Shown here: positions 40,996 through 51,850 of the stretch, piece after piece | Layout of the letters: every line of letters begins with the position of its first letter | How positions within the stretch are numbered: the stretch's first letter is position 1 | Source: Trypanosoma brucei | Taxonomy: Eukaryota | NCBI GenBank assembly: GCA_000002445.1 | Contig: CH464491.1 | Coordinates: forward strand, 448,001-512,000 | DNA: 64,000 nt | Reading direction: 5' to 3' | Program-made: the position numbers and the translations under genes | Notes under the pieces: generated by a model | What the model saw: only the letters and a program-made list of their open reading frames with translations | Databases searched by the model: none | What the model was told of the DNA's origin: nothing

Positions 40996-43146
40996 TCAGC
41001 AAGGGCCCTTCGCATCTCGGGCCAGCTGCTTGTGCAGTATTTCATAATCCATTCTGTCCTTTGCTGAAACAGATGGCTTGACTTTAGACATGCTGACTTC
41101 GAAGTCCTCCATGGTAACGGAGGGCAGCTGCGCATTCGCCACTGCCTCACCACTGGCGTCTCGTTCCATTTGCTCCAGCATCTCCTCGGTGGCGCCACGG
41201 TAGATATTCTTTAGCGCATGCAAGGAGGCCTCCCGCATAAGTGCGGCCAAGTCGGCACCACTAAACCCCTGGAGGCGCTCATCGCGGGCAATACTCGGGA
41301 GATCCACCGACGCGTCAATTGGATAACGGCGTGCATGTGTTTCTAGAATAGAGGCACGCTGCTCCACGGAGGGAAGTGGAACATACAGCATTTTGTCCAG
41401 GCGCCCAGGACGAAGCATAGCCGGATCAATCATATCTGGACGGTTAGTAGCCCCAATGACATACACACTTTCACGTCCCTCCACACCATCCATTTCTGTC
41501 AGCAACTGGTTTACAACGCGCTCACTGCTTGGGTTTGCCCGATCGGAGCCGCGCCGTGGAGCGAGGGCATCCAGCTCATCAAAGAAGAGAACACAAGGAG
41601 CACTTGCACGACCACGAGCAAAAACCATGCGCACACTCCGCTCACTCTCACCAACAAATTTATTCAGCAACTCAGGTCCTTTAATGGATATAAAATTGGC
41701 GCCTGACTGGTTGGCTATAGCCTTTGCCACCAGTGTTTTGCCACAACCTGGCGGGCCGTAGAGCAGCACACCAACTGGATGATCCAACCCAAACCGTCGG
41801 TGAAGCTTTGGCGACCGAATTGGCTGGAGAATGCTGGTGATAAGCTCTTCGCGAACATCCTCAAGAGCACCAATATCATCCCATGTTACGTTGGGGATCG
41901 TCGTGAAGCCCTCCCTCATTGCGCTTGGCTGCACGCGCTTGACGGCCTCCTTCATATTGTCACGTGTCACGACAAAAGACACGAGTTCCTCGGCGTTGGG
42001 ATCGTCCAGTTTATTCTTTTCCTCCAGTTCGTTGTGCTTCTGCCGGATTGCAAGAATGCATGCCTCTTTGACCAGCAGGTGAAGATCTGCACCAACGTAA
42101 CCGGGTGTCATGTTCGCCAGTTCGAAAAAGTCCACGTCCTCTGCCAAATGAAGCTTCTGACAAATTATTTTTAAGATACTGTGCCGTTCGTCGATGGTGG
42201 GGATGCCAAGAGAGATTTCACGATCGAAACGTCCCGCACGGCGCAAGGCGGTATCAAGTGCCTCTGGACGATTCGTAGCCCCCATTACACAAACAACTTT
42301 GTTATGTTGCCGCCACGCCTGGGCAACCTGATCCATGCATGTCAGAAGTTGTCCGACGATGCGGCTTTCCATACCCCGCTGCGCTTGATCGCGACGACCT
42401 GCAATGGTGTCAACCTCATCAATGAATACAATGCTTGGAGCCGCGCTTATGGCATCTAGAAAAAGGTTACGCAGTTTGGCCTCGCTATCACCGCTGATGC
42501 CAGAGACAATTTCGGGAGCGGACACGAAAAAGAGTGGGACTTGCAGGGACCCTGAAATGGCATGCACAAGCTTCGTTTTCCCGCACCCCGGTGGTCCATG
42601 GAGCAGCACACCGCAGGGCGGATCGGCGCCTAAGCGGCTGAATAAATGGGGAGAGCGGATGGGCAATTCAATTAGTTCTTTAATTATTGGAATTTCTCTT
42701 GCAAGCCCGCCCATGTCATCGAGGGTAATACCCGGGATGACGCCGAGCCTTTCGGGTGTGTCTTCCTCACCTCCATCATCGTCTTGTTTGGTTTCCGCAC
42801 GTTTCCGTTTCCTGGAACCCTCCAATCCGTTATCGTCACCACCATTTCTTCGACTACGTTCTGTGAAGTTGCTCTTTTCCCCGCGATCCCTTTCATGGAT
42901 GCCATTTCCCCGTTGAGAAGAGCCATGGAAATACCGGTCGCTTTGCCGTCTCTTCTGCCTGAGCCGCCGCATCTGGTCAGACATATCCCACAGCGGGAAA
43001 TATTTTCTAACAGTCACCGTAACAGTGACCAGCGGTAAATTAAAAATAAGTAAATAAATGTGATATACGGTAAAGGCATATAACCACAACAAAGAGGTAG
43101 ATGAAAGGCCCTCCATCGCGGCGATGGAGGGGTTCGCCAGACGCAA
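40996..43146 (-). CDS. Type II AAA+ ATPase, NVL/Rix7-like (two AAA domains)
   Basis: D1 motifs: GVLLHGPPGCGKT, APEIVSGISGDSEAKLRNLF, IVFIDEVD, RIVGQLLTCMD. D2 motifs: GVLLYGPPGCGKT, LFFDELDAL. These are very close to NVL as I remember it ([31 protein letters not shown]). The N-terminal region is basic and NLS-like. The first 54 codons look non-coding, so the likely true start is the ATG at 42984 (MSDQMRRLRQKRR). Confidence 0.85.
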   Translation of the reverse strand: MRLANPSIAAMEGLSSTSLLWLYAFTVYHIYLLIFNLPLVTVTVTVRKYFPLWDMSDQMRRLRQKRRQSDRYFHGSSQRGNGIHERDRGEKSNFTERSRRNGGDDNGLEGSRKRKRAETKQDDDGGEEDTPERLGVIPGITLDDMGGLAREIPIIKELIELPIRSPHLFSRLGADPPCGVLLHGPPGCGKTKLVHAISGSLQVPLFFVSAPEIVSGISGDSEAKLRNLFLDAISAAPSIVFIDEVDTIAGRRDQAQRGMESRIVGQLLTCMDQVAQAWRQHNKVVCVMGATNRPEALDTALRRAGRFDREISLGIPTIDERHSILKIICQKLHLAEDVDFFELANMTPGYVGADLHLLVKEACILAIRQKHNELEEKNKLDDPNAEELVSFVVTRDNMKEAVKRVQPSAMREGFTTIPNVTWDDIGALEDVREELITSILQPIRSPKLHRRFGLDHPVGVLLYGPPGCGKTLVAKAIANQSGANFISIKGPELLNKFVGESERSVRMVFARGRASAPCVLFFDELDALAPRRGSDRANPSSERVVNQLLTEMDGVEGRESVYVIGATNRPDMIDPAMLRPGRLDKMLYVPLPSVEQRASILETHARRYPIDASVDLPSIARDERLQGFSGADLAALMREASLHALKNIYRGATEEMLEQMERDASGEAVANAQLPSVTMEDFEVSMSKVKPSVSAKDRMDYEILHKQLARDAKGPC

Positions 43147-44110
43147 AAATGGGTAAAACAGCTGCGCGACTGGGAATCTCTTCCACTCGAAGTAATAAGT
43201 TATAACTGAAGAAAAATATTACGACTGGGGGCACAAACGTTTCACAAGATTGCTCTCAGCAATAGTGGTGTGTGCATGAAAACGTGCACATGTAAAAAGA
43301 AAAAAGAGTTGGGTTACAAACCCTCGCTTACAACGTAAGGAGTGTCTTGGCCCGAAACGATGTCTTGGTTGGAAAGGTACAACCCAATTTTCTTTTCCTT
43401 TTTTTTTTCCGATCGCTGAGAAAACTAACACCTCTTACAGTCCACCTCGTGACTTAACCAAACAGACGAAAAAAAAAAGAAAAATGTCGTAACCCCTAGA
43501 ACACTGGGGGCAACGGAATCATCGCTATTCAAAACTTGAAGCGCACAAAACTGCAGAAAGTAAAGAAAACAGCCGAAAGGCATGTGTACTACACTCCCGT
43601 AAGAAAGACCTCCATTACAGGAGTAGGAAATTTTAAAACAGTGATAACACAAATGTGCGAGGAGCAATAACCCGCACCTCACCTTCCCTTTTGCACATGC
43701 ACCCGAGAAATGAGGAGCCAGACATACTACACAGCTATGAAGCGGTGACATGAACTCGGAAGTTAAAAGATTTCCCTACCCGTGTCCTCCACACCAAAAA
43801 ATGGAGGAAAGAAAAAAAAACACGACGAACACGTATCAGCACTTCTCCTACGCTTACTTCTCCTCCTCTTCACAGTCCACTGGTCGTTAGTCGCCTCATC
43901 GGTATCCTTTCCCTGTATCATACAAATTTAACTTCCATCACTACAACAGAAAAAATGATGAGAAGCAAAACCCTAAAAAAAAAAAAACAGACATGTCACT
44001 GTCCGTTTGCGCTTCCCTTGTTGTACTGTTTTTAATAACAGTGGTTTTAACAATGGTATGAAATGATTCAACACCAGCGCTCTCTCATCACTCCTTTGAG
44101 AACCAGAAGA

Positions 44111-45424
44111 CTACCGCCACTCCACGTCTTTAAGGCTCTTTCCTTCCATCAGCAAGTCCCACAGTGGCGACATTTCACGCAACCTTTCCACAGTGCGGGC
44201 ACACTCCTCAACCGTAACATCCACCTCTCGCTCAGTAGTGAAGCGACCGATACCAAATCGAATGGAGGTGTGTGCATTCTCAGCATCAATACCGAGTGCA
44301 CGCAAAACATAACTTGGCTCTAGAGAGGCGCTTGTGCATGCACTTCCACTCGAGACCGCTACCTTCTTCATGCCCATTAGTAAACTCTCACCTTCCACAC
44401 AGGCAAAGCTAATGTTAAGGTTTCCGTGAAATCGGCGCTCAACATCACCATTGAGTGTGATGTGTGTTAAGCGCTTCTGCAAACCCTCCCATAATCGCTT
44501 ACTAAGTTGGGCGATGCGCTCTGAATCACGCTTCATCTCTACCTTTGCTAGCTCACACGCTGCACCCAATCCCACTGCAAGTGGTGTGGCTATAGTGCCG
44601 CTACGCACACCACGCTCCTGTCCACCACCACTCACTGGTGATCGCACACGGACGCGCGGACGGCGTCGCATGTAGAGGGCACCGCAGCCCTTCGGTCCGT
44701 ATATTTTGTGCGAGGATACTGACATGAGGTCAATGTTATCCCGATCCACATCAATATCCAACTTTCCCACCGCCTGCGCGGCGTCAGTATGAAAGAGGAC
44801 CTTCTTTTTCCTGCATATCTTCCCGATTTCGCCAATGGGTTGAATCACACCAATTTCATTGTTCACATACATGCAAGAAACGAGCGCTGTTGTGGGACGG
44901 ATAGCTTCCTCAAGTTTCTGTAGGTTCACAATCCCATTTTTTTCAACGGGAAGGTACGTTACCTCGAAACCCTCCATTTCCAAGTAGCGGCAGGAGTCCA
45001 AAACACACTTGTGTTCTGTTTGAAGGGTTATGAGGTGGTTTTTCTTTTCTTTGTTGTAGTTGGCTACACCTTTTATGGCAATATTGTTGGACTCCGTTGC
45101 GCCGCTAGTAAAAAAAACACCCTTGGGACTCGCTCGAATTAAATCTGCCACTTGCGTCCGCGCCTTCTCAACGGCCTCCTCAGCAGTCCAACCATAACTG
45201 TGTGTACGGCTGTGTGGGTTGCCATACATTTCAGTCATGTAAGGCAGCATCTTATCGAGTACCCGTGGATCTAACGGAGTTGTTGACTGCAGATCCAAAT
45301 ATAGCGGTCGTGGATCCCTTTTAAAAGGCCTTCCAGCGGAGCCTCCAACCGACGAGACTCCCTGACTGATGGCTGATGCGGAGCCACAAGCCGCGCAAAG
45401 AAGTACGCGAACACCACTAAACAT
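44111..45424 (-). CDS. NFS1: Cysteine desulfurase (Nfs1/IscS type, PLP-dependent), mitochondrial
   Basis: 437-aa ORF with SSHKIYGPKGCGALY (PLP-Lys), GGGQERGVRSGT, SSGSACTSASLEPSYVLRALG (catalytic Cys loop) and an N-terminal presequence. Confidence 0.93.
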   Translation of the reverse strand: MFSGVRVLLCAACGSASAISQGVSSVGGSAGRPFKRDPRPLYLDLQSTTPLDPRVLDKMLPYMTEMYGNPHSRTHSYGWTAEEAVEKARTQVADLIRASPKGVFFTSGATESNNIAIKGVANYNKEKKNHLITLQTEHKCVLDSCRYLEMEGFEVTYLPVEKNGIVNLQKLEEAIRPTTALVSCMYVNNEIGVIQPIGEIGKICRKKKVLFHTDAAQAVGKLDIDVDRDNIDLMSVSSHKIYGPKGCGALYMRRRPRVRVRSPVSGGGQERGVRSGTIATPLAVGLGAACELAKVEMKRDSERIAQLSKRLWEGLQKRLTHITLNGDVERRFHGNLNISFACVEGESLLMGMKKVAVSSGSACTSASLEPSYVLRALGIDAENAHTSIRFGIGRFTTEREVDVTVEECARTVERLREMSPLWDLLMEGKSLKDVEWR

Positions 45425-45987
45425 TTCTTTTTAGACGATGCTTTTGGTTCTTTATATATTTTTTTTATTTTTATTTTTATTTTTTAAGGATGGAGGAAAA
45501 ATTGTTGCGGGCAAGGTGAGAGGTTGCGAAGACTGTATCAAGTAAAAAAAAACCATAAAGAAATTATGGTCACTAGGGAAGGACACAACAACAGAGACAC
45601 AAATAAAAACCGCAGAGAGGGGGAAGCATACGAGAAAAAAAAATAGAAATCAGAGTGGAACACGAGGGGGCGGCCAGCAAGCTCCCACGCAAAAAAAAAA
45701 AATTATGTTGAATACACCGAACCCGCCTCCATAGCGGCGCACAAAGCGGGGAAGCCATCGCCTTAAAAACTGCGAATAGGGCGGCATGTGAACGATACTT
45801 CGCTAACGACACGAAGAAACAACGGGGAAATAACGCGGGTGAAAACAACAATAACAACGCATTATGTTGCTGGGTCAACTGATCCATCGAACACGCCACC
45901 TTCACGCACGCCCCAACGCACCTTTCCCTCTTTCCTCCTCCTTCTACTCTCCCTAATCTATCATGCAGATATTCCCACTAAACTGCC

Positions 45988-48654
45988 TCAGTACATTTCC
46001 TCCCCGTGAATGGAACCATCGGCGTTCAAAACACCATCGAAAGCGTCTGATATGCCCATTTCCGATGCAACGTCCCTAATCGCGGCAGCCAACTCCGCCT
46101 GTTGACTCTCCGTGAGAACCGGGGGTGAGTGATGATCTCCCCCACTTCGCTGCGGTCCTCCTTTGGTGAAAAGCTCGTTAAGTGAAGAATACAAAGAGGT
46201 TTCCAAACTCTCAGCCTCACCCGTTGAGGTGGTTTCGGCAGTGCGATGATGCTCTTCATGCGCCCTCCACAAGGCAAGATCAGTGATGCGTAGGAATTGA
46301 CGATAAGTTAGTGATGTGGGGTACGCACGAACCACTTCATTCGGCAGTTTAGCCGTCTGAGGAAGGATACCATAGTGATGAAGCAACTTAAGGACGCCCT
46401 CGCGGCGAATAGGCTGAAGGTTGAGCCTTACATCGTACTCCACTGAACCCAGAGCACCCTGAAGAACCTCTTCCTCAGCTGTAGTAATGATCAACAATCG
46501 CTTCCTTCGAGGCTGAGACACATCCCACTCACTGTGAGGGAACAACCCGGAACTCGACACCGACTTGAACTCGTTAATAGCAGACCTCAATGCATCCGCT
46601 GCACCCGAGTCACCACTGCGAACGTACCGTTCAACATTGTCAACAACTAAACAGTAATCCCCTTTAAAGGCACCGGCGTCACGGAGTGCATCGATGACCT
46701 CCTGGATGTCCCTCGCGGCTCGCCCGCTGAGCTCGCGCCCTGTGAGAAACTTCGTCACGCTAAAGCGAATGCTGCTCACCACATTTCTTGCAAACACAGT
46801 CTTTCCTGAGCCGCTGGAGCCATGAATAACAACTACAGCCGCATTTGTAATTTGGCTGTGCTGAATACTACGCATCAACCGCCGAACTACACCCATCCCG
46901 CGAGATATCGTTCCGTCAAAATCCACAAGCTTATCAACAGCGTTATCCAGTCCCTTACCGTCGCCGGCGAGATCTTGACCACCGTTTACCTGCGCCTTTG
47001 AGTCCCATACATCCCTCAACGCAAGTTGAAAGTCGCTATTGGTAACTTTAAAATGCTCAGTCGCTGCGCCAGAGAGTTCATCCTCAATACCAATATCCCC
47101 GGTGGGGATGCTTGTGTTGAGAGAACTATCGCGGAACCGTAACAATGCGTGACTGACCGCCGCACGAACCGTGCCAGCAACATCGGCACCAGAAAATCCA
47201 CCTGTTCGCTCTGCCAGTATATCCAAGCTGACATCTTCTGCAAGAAAATCCTTATCCCGTAGTTCCCGTGTGTGGATAAAAAACATCTCTCTTCGACCCT
47301 TAACGTCAGGTAGGGGAACCTCAATGACAACTTCAAACCGACCTGGGCGGAGAAGTGCACGGTCAATAGCATGTAACCTGTTCGTCAATCCAATAATAAG
47401 TATATTCCTTGCTTTATTCACGCCGTCCATGATGGTTAGAAATTGGTTAGTTAGTCCATCATACACAGCTTTCGTGGAGCTTTCCTCCCCCAAATCTGCA
47501 CGCCGTTTAAAGAGTGCATCGAGTTCATCCATAATGACAATGTGCAAGCTCTTGCTGTTTGCAGTTTCTTCATCAGCACCAGAAGCATGTCGCGTTCCCC
47601 CGTGCTCATCCTCATCATCATCATCGCCCCACATGTTGTTAGCGTCAAATAGCCTCCGAAGGTTCTTTTCGGAGTCACCAACGTACTTGGAAATAATGTC
47701 AGCCGCGTTGACAATAGTTACCCTCGTCCCTTTACCTTCCAGCTTGGCAATCATACGAGCAATAAGAGTCTTACCGGTTCCCGGCGGCCCATGGAGGAGT
47801 ACTCCACGTACAGGCGGAATATTAAGTGATTCCACCACCCCACGGAGTTGCCGCGTCCTACTCAAGAAAACGCGACGGAAAAGCTCATGTAGTTGCTCAC
47901 TTAATCCTCCAATACCAAGAGAAACCCACTCATCATTCATTGCAGAGTGTCGGACTCTACGGAACATATATTCTAAGGGGTCTTCGGCATCCTCCTCTTC
48001 ATCCTCCTCACCGCCCGAGTGCGATCCATTGCCATACGGCGTGAGGTCCAACTCCACTGCACGGGGGACGGAGGCAAGCGTAACAATTGTAGTCTTGTTA
48101 GAGTTGTCACTCGTTACAGTTTGAAGCAATTTCAGGTTCATCCAAGTGCTCCGTGTGGTCAGCCGTTCCAACCACAGCGGTTTATGCCTCAAACTATCCA
48201 TGGGATTAAGAAGGGTACACGACAAGATCTGCCGCGGGAACAGACTAGAGGGCCTCACATGAAGACACGGCATGGAAATTAAATCAAGATCCTCCTCACC
48301 TCCATGATGTGGTATTGGTGTGTGTTCCTCCAGAACTATGCTTAAGTTCCCCAGCTGTGGGAAACCGCGCCCCCGAACGGTGAGTTGTACCGGATGATAT
48401 GAATTCAAGTCAGAGAAGCACGAAATCGTCTGGCGACCCCTTTCCGTTAGCACAGGCCTAGTGCAGCCGGTAATCCACAATATCTCTAATCTTTGATAAT
48501 TGCTATATTTTGCAGGACCGCCGGGATGATATGAAGCCGCACCCAGATTAACGCTGTAGAGACACGCCACGCACGCGCAAAGAAGAAACAGTGATGAAAG
48601 CGGATTTAGCGTGCGAAACGCTTGCCTTTTGCTAACTGTGGTCTTGACTATCAT
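45988..48654 (-). CDS. NSF-like two-domain AAA+ ATPase with hydrophobic N-terminal segment
   Basis: 888-aa ORF. D1 motifs: GVLLHGPPGTGKTLIARMIAK, SKYVGDSEKNLRRLF, IVIMDELDAL, IIGLTNRLHAIDRALLRPGRFEVVIEVPLPDVKGR (compare NSF [35 protein letters not shown]). D2 has GSSGSGKT and a degenerate Walker B (VVDNVE). The N-terminus carries LSSLFLLCACVACLYSV. Confidence 0.8.
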   Translation of the reverse strand: MIVKTTVSKRQAFRTLNPLSSLFLLCACVACLYSVNLGAASYHPGGPAKYSNYQRLEILWITGCTRPVLTERGRQTISCFSDLNSYHPVQLTVRGRGFPQLGNLSIVLEEHTPIPHHGGEEDLDLISMPCLHVRPSSLFPRQILSCTLLNPMDSLRHKPLWLERLTTRSTWMNLKLLQTVTSDNSNKTTIVTLASVPRAVELDLTPYGNGSHSGGEEDEEEDAEDPLEYMFRRVRHSAMNDEWVSLGIGGLSEQLHELFRRVFLSRTRQLRGVVESLNIPPVRGVLLHGPPGTGKTLIARMIAKLEGKGTRVTIVNAADIISKYVGDSEKNLRRLFDANNMWGDDDDEDEHGGTRHASGADEETANSKSLHIVIMDELDALFKRRADLGEESSTKAVYDGLTNQFLTIMDGVNKARNILIIGLTNRLHAIDRALLRPGRFEVVIEVPLPDVKGRREMFFIHTRELRDKDFLAEDVSLDILAERTGGFSGADVAGTVRAAVSHALLRFRDSSLNTSIPTGDIGIEDELSGAATEHFKVTNSDFQLALRDVWDSKAQVNGGQDLAGDGKGLDNAVDKLVDFDGTISRGMGVVRRLMRSIQHSQITNAAVVVIHGSSGSGKTVFARNVVSSIRFSVTKFLTGRELSGRAARDIQEVIDALRDAGAFKGDYCLVVDNVERYVRSGDSGAADALRSAINEFKSVSSSGLFPHSEWDVSQPRRKRLLIITTAEEEVLQGALGSVEYDVRLNLQPIRREGVLKLLHHYGILPQTAKLPNEVVRAYPTSLTYRQFLRITDLALWRAHEEHHRTAETTSTGEAESLETSLYSSLNELFTKGGPQRSGGDHHSPPVLTESQQAELAAAIRDVASEMGISDAFDGVLNADGSIHGEEMY

Positions 48655-49016
48655 CCTACCAACAATCCCGCCCCTTTGTTGAACTCTAGGTGGGTTGGAG
48701 TACGAAGGAAAGGGAGGGGGAAAAACAATACCTCAGCGCAAGCGGCAAAGGATCAAAGAACAACATGTGCGTGCGTATTCACATAAATTTTCCTAACCAA
48801 GTGCTATCACAAGATGTGAGCTCGTGAAAGACCCAATATCAGAGCGCGATCCCGAGCAAAGTATTCTCATTTTCACCCCCGAATAAGATTTGAAAAAAAA
48901 AATGTCAAAAATAACGATAGTGGAAATTGAAAGAAATGACAAAGCCTGCGTCACAGCATAAAAAATAATAATGATTATGATGATAACGATCATATTCCAA
49001 GTCGAAACCAATCATG

Positions 49017-49583
49017 TTATTTATTTTTTCTCTTTTTTGGCGAGTTGTCTCCCGAACCAGGGGAGCCTGCCTGGGAAAGGGATTGTAAACATCGGATCGC
49101 AGTGAAAAATGGCGCAATTATCCACACCGAGCTCGGCAAAAGAACCATCAGTAACTTATCCAAATAGCCGATATGCCTCGTGTATTCCCCACCCTCCACG
49201 AAATCCATCACGAAGTACAGCAGAGTTTTACTGAAAGTCATAACGCTAACGACCGCTGCCAACTTGATAGCCGACTTCCAGTACCCGCTAAAGGAAAGAA
49301 GGAGGGCAAGTAAGCCAAGAGTGACTTCCAACAAATTCATCCAACTCTGCGCCACAACGAAGGCATCTTCATTCGGGGCGTAACGTCGGTCGTAAGTGGC
49401 GTAAACCGTCCACGGCTGAAATAAAACTAATTCGCCTAAAGGGTGTGGTGTATCAGGTGTTTTAGGGCGGTTAAGGACAAAAACAGCATCAAGCAACACA
49501 ACAGGTGCTGTCAAAAGCAACCAAGCCGTTGCGACCGTAGGGAGGCGCGGTTTCTCCATCGTCGTCATCTCCCCCTCGACCAA
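49017..49583 (-). CDS. Four-TM membrane protein (188 aa), family not identified
   Basis: Sense ORF with four hydrophobic segments (AWLLLTAPVVLLDAVFVL, LLEVTLGLLALLLSF, LAAVVSVMTFSKTLLYFVM, LLMVLLPSSVWIIAPFFTAI) and a basic C-terminal tail. Confidence 0.7.
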   Translation of the reverse strand: MVEGEMTTMEKPRLPTVATAWLLLTAPVVLLDAVFVLNRPKTPDTPHPLGELVLFQPWTVYATYDRRYAPNEDAFVVAQSWMNLLEVTLGLLALLLSFSGYWKSAIKLAAVVSVMTFSKTLLYFVMDFVEGGEYTRHIGYLDKLLMVLLPSSVWIIAPFFTAIRCLQSLSQAGSPGSGDNSPKKRKNK

Positions 49584-50137
49584 TTCCTCACAACTTACCT
49601 AATACAAACTGTTACAATGACCAAAGACTACTGCAACCGGGAGTAACCTGAAAAGGAAAGTGACTAGCAGAATGAGTAAACGGCATATTAAAAAAGAAAA
49701 AATAGCCGAGAGACTAGAAACGAATTCACCGGGAGGCAGAAGTCCAGTATGAACACTTTTATTGTAGAATGGTCAGGTATGTGAATGGGCCCCAGAAGGC
49801 TGCATTTTCCCCCATAATTTTTTCAAAGGGAATGAAAAAAAATGCGCAACTGGGCGGGGGTTCCCGCATCCCGCTTCCGCTGCATTACCTCCATTTCACA
49901 TTATCTCTAAAATCTCTCAAGTTACCTCCATCTGAATGCCTCAACTCGCGTCTTGTTAACGTCGTTATCTTGCCCTCCTCTTCACCTCCAAGTTAGCACA
50001 CGAAATTTTCTAAACAACCCATGTATTTATAATGGAGTAGCCCCTTGCAGCGGCTAACGAATTGTAGCCTTCCTCCAACAACGAAAGCGCCTCGCGTCCC
50101 TCCGCCACCACCGAGCCACCTCGGTTCATTACTACCG

Positions 50138-51850
50138 TTAGTTATGTTCATCATCATCATCGTCGTCGTCATCATCATCATCATCGTCATCGTCATCCCC
50201 AGTGTCGTCATCAGCGTAGTTTCCTGTGTCGTCATCATCATCCCCAGTGTCGTCGCTGCTAAGGGTGGTGTGATCATCATCACTCTCACGGTCATCCCCC
50301 CTACGACCGTACATGGTAGAGCTCTCGCTGTCGCATTCATCTTCGCTGTCCTCACCCTCGCCATCTTTATCGCTGTTATCATCTTCATCGTTGTCATCAT
50401 CGACAGGATCGTGATCGTATATGGAAACCTCGTCACTGCTGTCGTCGCCATCGCTGCTGTCTTCTTCACTGCCGTCACTGTTATCATTACTGTCACCGTC
50501 ACTGTCACCGTCACTCTCGTCATCAACAGGATCATCATCACGCGTAGAGGGTTCGTCGTCACTGCTGCCATCATCGTCCGAATCGTCGGTTTCGCTATCG
50601 TCACTGTAGGACGAGCTGTAAGACCCACTGCCATCATCAGATGAGGCAGCCGAAGAGCTTTCGTCGTCATCTTTCGCATGTCCTGAGGTTGCTTCGAAAG
50701 CGTCTGCTCTGGTTTCGACCTCCATATCGCTGCTCGACCTACCAGAATTCATTCTGAAAGTACTGGCCGCGGCGGAGGCAACCGCGGCGTGAGCGATAGC
50801 CGAGCCCACGGCGCTTGCCCCGGCGGTAGATCCTACAAATCGTTTAGGCGGGGTACGAGTGAGGGATGAAGCACGAACTGGAGCAGCGACCGTACGTTCT
50901 CCCCTCACCATCAACATTTTTGACACCCCTTCCCCACGCGCTTTCCTTGAGAAAGAGTCACCACAACTATCCTCCACGGCAACCGTCTCATCCACCTCCT
51001 CCATACTTCTATAGCGGTGCTCCTTTTTAGTGGTCACCTTTTTCTTTTGTTGAAGGGCATATATAGCCATCTCCCGCTTCACAAGTAGCTCATTCGTTAT
51101 ACGGGCATGGTATTGATGCTGGATACCGAACATATCCCCTAATACCGCGTCCAGGTATTTCATCACAAAAACGAGATTTTCCTCCTCGATGGTGGCGTTG
51201 AAACTTCGCCGATCATCCAAGTTGTACTTCGTCGCTGCCCCTCCCGCGTTCGCAGCATCATCATCCTCATCCTCATCGTCCAGTAGATTGGATCCATCCT
51301 CTGTGTTCTTCGGGCCTGCGGTCACCACTTTTGCAGTTACTTCACCTGCAAGCGCAAAAGCCGATGGTAGTGCAGGGAAGGACTTGCCTTCACGTGCACC
51401 AAAGCCTCCACCCTCCCCTCCTTGCCATCTAGGTATTGGCTTCAAATGTAGCGAAGAGTGTTGTTTTTCCATCGACACGTGCCGCATCTTACCCTCGAAC
51501 GCAGCCAGGAGTGATGCAACATCATAAGGCCGGAGAAAAATACGACCAAAAAAGTAGTCCCCCGTGATATCAGTACTCACTTTACCTCCATTTGGGGCTG
51601 TCCTGTCTTCAGAAATCATCTTCGCTGCCGCCTCCGGTGCCATTCCCACATGACTGTCGGGAGACTGCACACTTAGTACAAGGTGCCGCTGACGGTTGCT
51701 CTTCCACCGCCACAGCAACACAGCCGGGTACTCGACCTCTCCCTTCGCAATGCTTACGGGAGTGCGCAGATCCCGCACAAAAACACTGCGACCACCCGCC
51801 TTGAGAAAGACGGCAGAAGCAAAAGTTACGGCGGAGATGCGGCGCCACAT
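50138..51850 (-). CDS. MRP1-related (Whirly-like) protein with long acidic D/S/E-rich C-terminal tail
   Basis: 570-aa ORF with a presequence-like N-terminus. Three blocks are colinear with the adjacent MRP1 ORF: LVLSVQSPD/LLLISQYPQ, IFLRPYDVASLLAAFEGKMRHVSMEK/VRLRHVDLAYLVGVCKERVPRHRMET, and VFVMKYLDAVLGDMFGIQHQYH/VTLEHFLESALDESFGFRQHYA. The C-terminal ~170 aa are almost entirely D/S/E and end in poly-Asp. Confidence 0.8.
   Translation of the reverse strand: MWRRISAVTFASAVFLKAGGRSVFVRDLRTPVSIAKGEVEYPAVLLWRWKSNRQRHLVLSVQSPDSHVGMAPEAAAKMISEDRTAPNGGKVSTDITGDYFFGRIFLRPYDVASLLAAFEGKMRHVSMEKQHSSLHLKPIPRWQGGEGGGFGAREGKSFPALPSAFALAGEVTAKVVTAGPKNTEDGSNLLDDEDEDDDAANAGGAATKYNLDDRRSFNATIEEENLVFVMKYLDAVLGDMFGIQHQYHARITNELLVKREMAIYALQQKKKVTTKKEHRYRSMEEVDETVAVEDSCGDSFSRKARGEGVSKMLMVRGERTVAAPVRASSLTRTPPKRFVGSTAGASAVGSAIAHAAVASAAASTFRMNSGRSSSDMEVETRADAFEATSGHAKDDDESSSAASSDDGSGSYSSSYSDDSETDDSDDDGSSDDEPSTRDDDPVDDESDGDSDGDSNDNSDGSEEDSSDGDDSSDEVSIYDHDPVDDDNDEDDNSDKDGEGEDSEDECDSESSTMYGRRGDDRESDDDHTTLSSDDTGDDDDDTGNYADDDTGDDDDDDDDDDDDDDDDEHN
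50147..50660. repeat. Trinucleotide-biased low-complexity DNA (GAY/TCN/GAR codons on the minus strand)
   Basis: Runs such as catcatcatcgtcgtcgtcatcatcatcatcatcgtcatcgtcatc. The region is open in several frames on both strands, which produces the spurious ORFs 49993..50679(-) and 50045..50644(+). Confidence 0.9.

Noticed and set aside
49993-50679. 228-aa (minus) and 199-aa (plus) ORFs rich in T/M/V/I within the triplet-repeat region.
   Set aside because: They are alternative-frame readings of the (GAY)n low-complexity tract that encodes the acidic tail of 50138..51850.
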